A stretch of 32,176 nt of DNA from a virus (lineage: Duplodnaviria; Caudoviricetes): the IMG/VR virus record IMGVR_UViG_3300032305_000824, positions 1 through 32,176 of that record. The stretch is one strand, 5' to 3'. The notes under the pieces are model-generated. The model was not told the DNA's origin, made no database searches, and saw nothing but the letters and a program-made list of their open reading frames with translations. Positions 20,118 through 28,033 of this stretch are shown here, piece by piece. The first letter of the stretch is position 1. Each line of letters starts with the position of its first letter. A program made the translations under genes and the position numbers.

Positions 20118-20450
20118 TTATTCAGTCACCTCAGCGTAAAAGCCTGTAAAAGAAACACTTGCCGAGGAAGCAATAACTGACAAAACATCTGCTTCATCCA
20201 TACTCATTGCTTGATTAACCATATAGGTATCTTTACCAGCAATTGCTGCATCAAAAATAATATAATGCTTAGGATTTATGGCTTCTCCATTTGGTCTAAA
20301 AGCAATACTAAATGTTGCAGTAGCAGATGCAGTATTGCATATATTTATTGCAGAAAAAATTGTTTGTGTACTAGCAGGAACAGTATAAAGAGTAGTAAGA
20401 GTATTAGCCAAAGGCTGAATTTGAACTGGTGATTTGTAACTAGTTGCCAT
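20118..20450 (-). CDS. 110-aa beta-sandwich connector (cassette 4)
   Basis: MATSYKSPVQ...TLYTVPA...SAINICNTAS...GFYAEVT; close paralog of 23505..23837. Confidence 0.8.
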   Translation of the reverse strand: MATSYKSPVQIQPLANTLTTLYTVPASTQTIFSAINICNTASATATFSIAFRPNGEAINPKHYIIFDAAIAGKDTYMVNQAMSMDEADVLSVIASSASVSFTGFYAEVTE

Positions 20451-20795
20451 TTATATACTCCCCCAAAAGAATGGATCAATTGTAGCTTCTGCTTGTCCAG
20501 ATGCAATAATCCAGGTATTACCATTATATACCTTAGTTATAGGCTTTATATTGTTTGTTGAATCTATCCAGATATCTCCAGTTAAAGGATTTGCTGGGGC
20601 AGAAGAAGAATATGGAATTAATCTTTCATATTGAGTGGAGGCAGAAACTTGACTTAAATATGTATTTTGTAATGCAGCTTCTTCAAGATATCCAAATCCT
20701 GCATCTTGTCCTGATTTCTTCCAAAAATTTCCATCCCAATAATATCCTTGATATAAATCATTTACTTGTGGATTAAGAGGAAATGTAGTAGCCAT
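20451..20795 (-). CDS. Short adaptor protein (cassette 4)
   Basis: FP.NPQVND...YWDG..W; GDIWIDST; C-terminal tag IDPFFWGSI. Confidence 0.75.
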   Translation of the reverse strand: MATTFPLNPQVNDLYQGYYWDGNFWKKSGQDAGFGYLEEAALQNTYLSQVSASTQYERLIPYSSSAPANPLTGDIWIDSTNNIKPITKVYNGNTWIIASGQAEATIDPFFWGSI

Positions 20796-20834
20796 AATAT
20801 TATAATTATACCATTTTAATTTTTAGTTATAATG

Positions 20835-21755
20835 TTATACAAAAGTTACTGTTCCTGTTCCTGCTGTAATCGTAGTTACTTTATCTGCTCCAACAGTTGC
20901 AGTAGAAAGTGTTAAACCTGTTGATGAAATAGAAAGTGTTGAAGCATAACGTAAAATAATTACACCTGTACCACCAGCACCACCGTTTGCGTTGAAAGCT
21001 CCTGATTGTCCAGAACCTGAACCACCACCAGCACCTAAATTTACTGCAGGAGCAGCAGGTGTACCGCTACCGTAACCACTGGCAGAAGCCCCACCGCCAG
21101 TACCTCCAGCACCAACGCCAGCACGATAAAAGTTACCACCACCGCCACCGCCAGCACGGAATACTGCCGTGCCAGTTATTGATGAACTTAAACCTGCACC
21201 GCCATTTCCACCGCCATTGCTCACACCAAATCCACCAACCGCACCAGCACCACCGCCACCGCCACCACATACAGTACCAGTATTACCACCGCCACCATCA
21301 AATCCCTCATTGGCAGTCCCACCGCCACCTGCTATGACGGTAGCATTATTATTACTACCACCAGCACCGCCACCTGAACCACCAACTTGAAATTGTGTGT
21401 AAGAACCGCCACCGCCACCAGTAGAAATAATGTTAGCTATATAAGAATTTGAACCCTTGCCACCAGTGCCTCCAGAACCAGCACCGCCAGAACCAATAGA
21501 AACAGCGTATGAAGTATTTCTTAAGAAAGTTTGAATAGAATTATCTGTTAAAGCACCGCCACCCGAAAGATCACCAGGAAAATTTGTGCGATAACCACCA
21601 GCACCGCCGCCTCCGCCGCCACTACCACCACCAGCACCGCCACCAGCAATTACAAGATATTTAATTGCAAGTGCAGCAGCAGCTTGATTTGAAATGCTAT
21701 TACCTTTTGGTAAACCTTGGGCAATAGTAGATGTAACAAGTCTTTTTACAGCCAT
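20835..21755 (-). CDS. Glycine-rich domain protein (cassette 3 effector)
   Basis: KYLVIAGGG...GGTGVIILRY...KVTTITAGTGTVTF. Confidence 0.8.
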   Translation of the reverse strand: MAVKRLVTSTIAQGLPKGNSISNQAAAALAIKYLVIAGGGAGGGSGGGGGGAGGYRTNFPGDLSGGGALTDNSIQTFLRNTSYAVSIGSGGAGSGGTGGKGSNSYIANIISTGGGGGSYTQFQVGGSGGGAGGSNNNATVIAGGGGTANEGFDGGGGNTGTVCGGGGGGAGAVGGFGVSNGGGNGGAGLSSSITGTAVFRAGGGGGGNFYRAGVGAGGTGGGASASGYGSGTPAAPAVNLGAGGGSGSGQSGAFNANGGAGGTGVIILRYASTLSISSTGLTLSTATVGADKVTTITAGTGTVTFV

Positions 21756-22084
21756 TAGTAAATCTCCGAACCATAAGCTCCAAAAGACATACTTGCACTT
21801 GAGGCATATACTGTTAAAATATCACCAGCATCTATTGCTAAAGCAGTTGTTATTAGAGTTGTATCATTTGCAGCAATTGCTACATCGTAAGCCAAATAAT
21901 GCTCATTTGATAGCGTTGCACCATCTGGTCTAATAGCTATTCTATACGAGCCAACAGAGGCACTTCTATTTGCTATTGATAATGTAGATACAATTGCTTG
22001 TTTTCCAGAACCCACAGTATATAAATTAGTATTTGTAGTAGCTGATGGAGAGGATTGCCCCAGCACTTTATAAGATACAGCCAT
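21755..22084 (-). CDS. 109-aa beta-sandwich connector (cassette 3)
   Basis: MAVSYKVLGQSSP...LYTV...IVSTLSIANR...FGAYGSEI; TAATG coupling to the Gly-rich gene. Confidence 0.8.
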   Translation of the reverse strand: MAVSYKVLGQSSPSATTNTNLYTVGSGKQAIVSTLSIANRSASVGSYRIAIRPDGATLSNEHYLAYDVAIAANDTTLITTALAIDAGDILTVYASSASMSFGAYGSEIY

Positions 22085-22092
22085 TTTTTCTC

Positions 22093-22554
22093 CTAAGTTC
22101 CCACAAATATAAGTGGACTAATTGTATTTTGTTCTATTATACCAGGAATAGCAGCAGATGTTGCATAAGTTGTAGACGCTGAAGACTGCGTAAGATATAA
22201 AGTAGATGCTGAAGACTGTGTGAGATATAAAGAGAGATCTATATTATCTAAATCTACTTGTGTTGCATAAATTGTTGAGGCAGATGCCTGGGTAAGATAT
22301 TCAGCAAGGTCTATTGCAGTTCCAGATACTTCTATCCAATATACAGAATCATACATAAATAATTCATTTGTATCTGTATCAAACCAAAACTCTCCTTGTT
22401 CTGGAGCAGCTGGAGGATTAGCAGATACTGAAATACTGGGTGTGTAGTTGTCTACATATTCAGTAGTTGCATATCCAGCCATATCTGGAAGACCAGAAAC
22501 AAGGGGTAGCCAATTAGTTCCATCACTTACATATGCTTTTTTTGCAGTTGGCAT
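22093..22554 (-). CDS. Adaptor protein (cassette 3)
   Basis: P..GEFWFDT; three YLTQxSAST repeats; C-terminal tag ISPLIFVGT. Confidence 0.75.
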   Translation of the reverse strand: MPTAKKAYVSDGTNWLPLVSGLPDMAGYATTEYVDNYTPSISVSANPPAAPEQGEFWFDTDTNELFMYDSVYWIEVSGTAIDLAEYLTQASASTIYATQVDLDNIDLSLYLTQSSASTLYLTQSSASTTYATSAAIPGIIEQNTISPLIFVGT

Positions 22555-22637
22555 AATTTAATCAACCCCTTTTTATATTTAATTATATCATCTTAGATAT
22601 ATTGTATTGGTAAAAGTTTAAAAGTAGTAATATTTAG

Positions 22638-23504
22638 TTAAGCAATTCTATATCTTAAAATTACTATTCCACTACCACCAGAGCTGTTTCTTGTAGCTAA
22701 ATAATTACTACCACCGCCACCGCCACCACTATTTGCAGTACCTGGAGTACTTGCGGTTGCATTTGATCCTTTAGCTCCATTTCCTCCACCGCCTAAGCCA
22801 CCTAATCCACGAGCAGTCTCATATGCACCACCACCACCACCACCAGAATAATAAGTTGTTGTTCCATTAATAGATGATGGTTTTCCAATTCCGCCAGCAC
22901 CACCATTACTTCCAGAAGTTCCATTTCCGCCAGCAGCACCAGCACCACCACCACCACCACCAGGAAGTGCGGTTTGAATATATGCTCCAGTTCCTCCATT
23001 GTTTCCTTGACCGCTTGTTGCAATACCACCAATACTTAGCTGTCCCTGAGTATCGGCAATTGCTCCTCCACCTCCTGAACCACCAGCAAGTCCATTAAAA
23101 CCTTGACCATGAGATCCACCAGCTCCACCACCAATTGCTACAATTCCATTAAATGACGAAGAGTTTCCAGAAATCATTGGAGCAGTTGATGACATTGGTC
23201 CACCTGCTCCAACAACAACTTGATAACTACCTAGACTTGATAAAGTAAGCATTCCTTCTAAAAATCCTCCAGCACCACCGCCACCTCCCCATTCATATCC
23301 TCCACTACCTCCGCCACCAACTATTAAATATTCAACAATTCCAGATCCTTTAGTTACAACAAAATTTTGAGTTTCTATAAAAGTATGAACTCTATAACTA
23401 ATTCCACCAGAAGTAATTTCAGATATAGCACCGCCACCTGCGTTAAGAAAACCAGTAGATTTAACACTATTTAAGGTTGTTGATCTTGCTGAACTAATTC
23501 CCAT
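22638..23504 (-). CDS. Glycine-rich domain protein (cassette 2 effector)
   Basis: YRVHTF...VEYLIVGGGG...GGSGIVILRYRIA. Confidence 0.8.
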   Translation of the reverse strand: MGISSARSTTLNSVKSTGFLNAGGGAISEITSGGISYRVHTFIETQNFVVTKGSGIVEYLIVGGGGSGGYEWGGGGGAGGFLEGMLTLSSLGSYQVVVGAGGPMSSTAPMISGNSSSFNGIVAIGGGAGGSHGQGFNGLAGGSGGGGAIADTQGQLSIGGIATSGQGNNGGTGAYIQTALPGGGGGGAGAAGGNGTSGSNGGAGGIGKPSSINGTTTYYSGGGGGGAYETARGLGGLGGGGNGAKGSNATASTPGTANSGGGGGGSNYLATRNSSGGSGIVILRYRIA

Positions 23505-23837
23505 TTATGGAGTCACCTCAGCGTAAAAACCTATAAAACATACGCTGGCGGTAGAGGCACGAACCGATAAAACATCTGTAGCACCCATAGACATACCTTG
23601 ATTAATCATATAAGTATCATTGCCAGCAATTGTTGCATCATAAATAATGTGATTTTTATCTTCAAGTCCAGCACCACTTGGTCTAAAAGCAATTCTAAAT
23701 GTTGCATCAGTAGATGCAGTATTACAAATATTGATAGCAGAAAATATTGCTTGAGTATCTGCTGGCACTGTGTATAGGGTAGTATAGGTGTTGGCTGATG
23801 GTTCAACCTGAACTGGTGATTTGTAATTAGTTGCCAT
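23505..23837 (-). CDS. 110-aa beta-sandwich connector (cassette 2)
   Basis: MATNYKSPVQ...TLYTVPA...SAINICNTAS...GFYAEVT. Confidence 0.8.
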   Translation of the reverse strand: MATNYKSPVQVEPSANTYTTLYTVPADTQAIFSAINICNTASTDATFRIAFRPSGAGLEDKNHIIYDATIAGNDTYMINQGMSMGATDVLSVRASTASVCFIGFYAEVTP

Positions 23838-24422
23838 TTATATACCTGCCAAAAAGAATGGATGGATTGTAGCTTCTGCTTGTCCAGATGCAATAATCCA
23901 ATTACTACCATTATACACCTTAGTTACAGGCTTTACAATATTTGTTGAGTCTATCCAAATAGTTCCTTCTTCAGGAGATATGGGAGCAGATGATCCATAT
24001 TTGACTAACTCTGTATCTGTTTTTTTAACATAAGTATTTGAAGCAGAAATTTGGGTAAGATAAAGACTTAAATCTAAAGTCCCCCAACTTGCTGCAGATC
24101 CAGAAGTAGTTAGATATTTTCCACCATTTCCACCTTGAGAAGGAAGGGTAGCAGATTCTGGAATATTTGAAAAATAATTATAATCTCCATCCATTACTTT
24201 ATTTGTTAGTATTTGATATCCAGAAGCAGATACATAGGAAATTTCATCAATTACCTCGTTTGAATCTACCCAAATAAATCCTGCTTCGTGGTAGTCTGGT
24301 TCTGTTGCGGAATAAGTAAAAGGCTTCCAATTTTCACCAATAATATTCCAAGATTCTCCATCAAAAATATAGTCTTGAAATTGTTGACTAACGGAAGCGG
24401 ATAAGGGAAAAATAGTAGCCAT
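23838..24422 (-). CDS. Adaptor protein (cassette 2)
   Basis: FP.SASV, LPSQ.GN.GKYLTT, GTIWIDST, C-terminal tag IHPFFLAGI. Confidence 0.75.
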   Translation of the reverse strand: MATIFPLSASVSQQFQDYIFDGESWNIIGENWKPFTYSATEPDYHEAGFIWVDSNEVIDEISYVSASGYQILTNKVMDGDYNYFSNIPESATLPSQGGNGGKYLTTSGSAASWGTLDLSLYLTQISASNTYVKKTDTELVKYGSSAPISPEEGTIWIDSTNIVKPVTKVYNGSNWIIASGQAEATIHPFFLAGI

Positions 24423-24461
24423 AGTATCTTAATTATATCATTATATGTATTATGTTAATAG

Positions 24462-27074
24462 TTAAATTATTATATTACCAGTACCTGCTGTAAATGTATA
24501 AACTTTATATCCTAATCTACTTACTGTACTTAGTGTGTAAGTTAATCCTGCATCAATGCTTGTTAGATCAGAAAATGAATCTGGGTAGGCAATGATTACA
24601 ATACCAGAACCACCTGCTGCACTGCTGCCGATACCCGAAGCACCGTCATAACTAGCACCGCCACCTCCGCCTCCAGTATTTGTTGTACCAGCAACGGCAC
24701 TAACAGTAGCAGTAGCGGAGTTGCCACCACGACCACCACCACCAGAGCCACCAGCACCTCCGTTGCCAAAACCATATCTTGCACCACCGCCACCACCACC
24801 ACCACGAGTAACTGAACTACCAGTAATAGAACTTGCTGTACCAGCACCGCCTACGCCACCGTTGTCACCACTGTGATTTCCACCTACAGCAGAAGAACCA
24901 CCACCACCGCCAGCAGCACCACCAGAAACAGTGGCTTGACTATTTCCACCTGCGTTGCCTTGACCAGATGGGGATGCAGACCCACCAGTCCCACCTGCTC
25001 CACCGTAAGCACCACCAGCACCGCCACCAGAACCACCAGTGCCACCAGTAGCACCAGAACCAGCGGATCCAGTGCCAGTTCCACTAGCACCACTACCGCC
25101 ACCAGTAGATGTAATAGTTGAAAAAACTGAATTTAAACCTTTTGAGCCAGGAGCATTGCCGCTTGGTGCACCAGCACCGCCAGCACCAACTGTAACTGTT
25201 AAAGAACTTCCCAGCGTTGGTGTCAATGTAGATGTTAAATAGCCACCAGCACCGCCACCACCGCCAGCACCGTACGAGTTGCAACCGCCACCGCCACCGC
25301 CAGCAATGACTAAATACTCAACTAATGTAGGTGCTAGTGCAAAACTAATGGAACCTGAGCCAGCTGTGAATGTAGTGACTTTAAATCCGTTATTTATTTC
25401 AGTTGTATAAATAAGACCTGATCCACCAGCACCTAGTGTGATAGCAAATGATGCAGGGTAACGAATGATTACAACGCCTGAACCACCGTTTCCACCAACT
25501 CCTGAATTCCAGTTTCCACCTCCGCCGCCGCCTCGATTAGCAGTTGCAGAATTAGGTGCACCACTTACGACACCAGCACCAGAACTTGCTCCACCAGCCG
25601 TACCGCCAGTACCATCAGCACCACCACCACCACCAGCGGAGTAATTTATTGATGCACCTGAAATAGATGAATTAAATCCAGCACCACCAGTACCACCAAT
25701 ACTAGTATTAGCATTTGAACCTATAGCGGTAGCACCACCACCACCTGCGCCAGCGTTTTTATTTGAACTTGGATTTATTCCACCCGCAAAACCTTGACCA
25801 GAGATTCCTGTTCCACCAGCAGTTCCACCACCGCCACCAGAGCCGCCATTTGCACCATTCTTAGTTTGATTTGTACCAAGAATACCGCCACCAGAGCCAC
25901 CGCCAGTAGCAAGAATGTTTGAGAAAATGCTATCTGCGCCATTGGTTGCGTTATTTAAATTATTTGCTGACTGACCTGCACCACCAGCACCAACTGTGAC
26001 TGTGAATGAACTAGCAACGTCAATAGAAGTTAAGCCACTTAATAAACCACCAGCACCACCACCACCAATCTGTGCGCCACCTCCACCTGCGACAACTAAA
26101 TACTCAGTTGAAACTTTTGCAGGGGAGTATCTAATAATACCAGTACCAGCAGTAAATGTATAAATTTTAAAACCAAAGCGTGAAGTTGTATCTAATGAGT
26201 AAGAAATACCACTACTAATAAATAGATCGTTGAATGTAGATGGGTATGTAATAATTACTACGCCAGAGCCACCATTAGAAGCACCACCACCGCCGCCGCC
26301 AGTATTAACGGTTCCAGTTGATATTCCTGTTGGCGCACCCGCTGTTGAAGAGTTCCATTTACCACCTGAACCACCACCACCAGAACCGCCTGAACCTGCT
26401 GTATCAGCACTACGCCAAGTTACTCCACCACCACCACCAGCACGAGTTACAGATGTACCAGTAATGGATGAACTTAAACCGTTACCACCATTCCCAGCAA
26501 CAGAAGCAGATGCACTAGCACCAACTGCACCAGCACCACCACCACCACCACCAGAAAATGCAGTAAGATTATTTGTACCTGACCCACCTGCAAATCCTTG
26601 ATCGGTTGTACCCAATCCACCTGCTGCTGTAGTGCCACTTACTGCACCATCGCCATACCCACCGCCGCCACCAGAACCACCTATTGCACCAGCAGTAGTT
26701 GAGTTATTTCCTCCACGCCCACCGCCAATTGAGGTTGTTGTTGAAAATACTGAGTCACTTCCATTTGTTCCTAAATTGCTACTTCCTGAGTAAGTTGTTG
26801 AACCTGTACCACCAGCACCAATAGTTAGTGTGTACGAAGTTTCACTTGTAAGTGTTTGTGTTCCAGTTAAATAACCACCAGCACCACCACCACCAAAACT
26901 ACCACCGCCGCCACCGCCAGCAATAACTAAATATTCAACATTAGGAGAATCTCCTGCCCATAAACTTTGTTGTTTATAAATAATATGATCAGATATATTC
27001 CATTTTCCAATTGCAGCACCCGATGTTGGTTGTCTAACTTTTCCAACAACTCCACCATTGGTTAGTCTAGCCAT
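24462..27074 (-). CDS. Protein with three tandem glycine-rich domains (cassette 1 effector)
   Basis: Three units, each EYLV(I/V)AGGG...GGSG(V/I)VII.YP...(F/Y)K..TFTAG(T/S)G. Confidence 0.82.
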   Translation of the reverse strand: MARLTNGGVVGKVRQPTSGAAIGKWNISDHIIYKQQSLWAGDSPNVEYLVIAGGGGGGSFGGGGAGGYLTGTQTLTSETSYTLTIGAGGTGSTTYSGSSNLGTNGSDSVFSTTTSIGGGRGGNNSTTAGAIGGSGGGGGYGDGAVSGTTAAGGLGTTDQGFAGGSGTNNLTAFSGGGGGGAGAVGASASASVAGNGGNGLSSSITGTSVTRAGGGGGVTWRSADTAGSGGSGGGGSGGKWNSSTAGAPTGISTGTVNTGGGGGGASNGGSGVVIITYPSTFNDLFISSGISYSLDTTSRFGFKIYTFTAGTGIIRYSPAKVSTEYLVVAGGGGAQIGGGGAGGLLSGLTSIDVASSFTVTVGAGGAGQSANNLNNATNGADSIFSNILATGGGSGGGILGTNQTKNGANGGSGGGGGTAGGTGISGQGFAGGINPSSNKNAGAGGGGATAIGSNANTSIGGTGGAGFNSSISGASINYSAGGGGGADGTGGTAGGASSGAGVVSGAPNSATANRGGGGGGNWNSGVGGNGGSGVVIIRYPASFAITLGAGGSGLIYTTEINNGFKVTTFTAGSGSISFALAPTLVEYLVIAGGGGGGCNSYGAGGGGGAGGYLTSTLTPTLGSSLTVTVGAGGAGAPSGNAPGSKGLNSVFSTITSTGGGSGASGTGTGSAGSGATGGTGGSGGGAGGAYGGAGGTGGSASPSGQGNAGGNSQATVSGGAAGGGGGSSAVGGNHSGDNGGVGGAGTASSITGSSVTRGGGGGGGARYGFGNGGAGGSGGGGRGGNSATATVSAVAGTTNTGGGGGGASYDGASGIGSSAAGGSGIVIIAYPDSFSDLTSIDAGLTYTLSTVSRLGYKVYTFTAGTGNIII

Positions 27075-27430
27075 TAGCTAATTATTTCATATGAGCAAAC
27101 TGCGTGTAGGGCTGATCCAGTTCCTGCAGTTAATCTTAATGAATCTCCTTCTTCAAGATAAATTCCAGTTGGTTTATCAATTGCAGTAAAGGCAGCATTT
27201 GCAGGTACAGAAACATTATGAACAATTTTATATTCTACAGAACTTCTAAATACACTTACAATAATATTTGCTGCAGTTCCAGTAATATTAGAAATATTTA
27301 AATTATTAATTTTAACAATATACCCGCTTGAAGCAGAATTTGTTACAATATCAGCAGCACTTGTTCCAACTACTTGTACAGCAGTTTTTCCATAAATACT
27401 TGTTACATTTACTATATTTGGATTAGCCAT
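27074..27430 (-). CDS. 118-aa beta-sandwich connector (cassette 1)
   Basis: MANPNIVNVTSIYGKT...IYLEEGDSL...SYEIIS; leaderless TGGTATAAT-6nt-ATG; TAATG coupling. Confidence 0.8.
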   Translation of the reverse strand: MANPNIVNVTSIYGKTAVQVVGTSAADIVTNSASSGYIVKINNLNISNITGTAANIIVSVFRSSVEYKIVHNVSVPANAAFTAIDKPTGIYLEEGDSLRLTAGTGSALHAVCSYEIIS

Positions 27431-27447
27431 TTTTTAATTATACCACC

Positions 27448-27996
27448 TTAAGAACCAAAGACTATTGCCATTGCAATTGCTTTGCCAGTAGATGGTTTTT
27501 CATTTAAATTTGTAATAGTTGCGTAAGTTGTACTAGCACTTGATATATCTAATTTATTTCCAAGAGAGGTTGTTACTGTTGCTGAGAAATTTGCATCGTC
27601 ATTAAGAGCTGCTGCAAGCTCGTTAAGGGTATTTAAAGTTGATGGGGCAGAGTCAACAATTGCTGCAACTGCTGCAGCAGAGGCGGAACTTAAATCAATA
27701 TTATTTAATTCAGTTTTTGTAGCATATGTAGTACTTGCAGAAGCTTGTGTAATATATGTAGAAGAAGCAGAACTTTGTGTTAAATATGGAGATAAGTCAA
27801 GATTTCCAACTTCCTGATCTACATATGAAACTGTAGCAAAAGTATCAGGGATAACACTTGCAGATATTTTTCCACCCACAATTTCGGGGTAATCAGCAGT
27901 TAAATCAATACCAATAATATCCCAGGCAGTTCCATTAAATTCATATCCTTCATAAATTTGTCCAACAGAAGCGGATCCAGGAAATATACTAGCCAT
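27448..27996 (-). CDS. Adaptor protein (cassette 1)
   Basis: DSAPSTLNTLNELAAAL (P2 gpH-type fibre motif), YLTQSSAS repeats, C-terminal tag GKAIAMAIVFGS. Confidence 0.75.
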   Translation of the reverse strand: MASIFPGSASVGQIYEGYEFNGTAWDIIGIDLTADYPEIVGGKISASVIPDTFATVSYVDQEVGNLDLSPYLTQSSASSTYITQASASTTYATKTELNNIDLSSASAAAVAAIVDSAPSTLNTLNELAAALNDDANFSATVTTSLGNKLDISSASTTYATITNLNEKPSTGKAIAMAIVFGS

Positions 27997-28033
27997 AATA
28001 ACTAATTATATCATTAAAGATAATTGGTTTATA

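Noticed and set aside
13690-26601. Plus-strand Pro-rich and His/Gln-rich ORFs and alternative-frame Val-rich ORFs (e.g. 13993..14334, 21169..21390, 26230..26601, 24596..24847)
   Set aside because: They are shadows of GGT/GGC polyglycine codons in real minus-strand genes, with no independent coding signals.
10455-27074. (CCA)n/(CCG)n trinucleotide runs as phase-variable microsatellites
   Set aside because: They are in-frame glycine codon runs with mixed synonymous codons, explained by the protein sequence.
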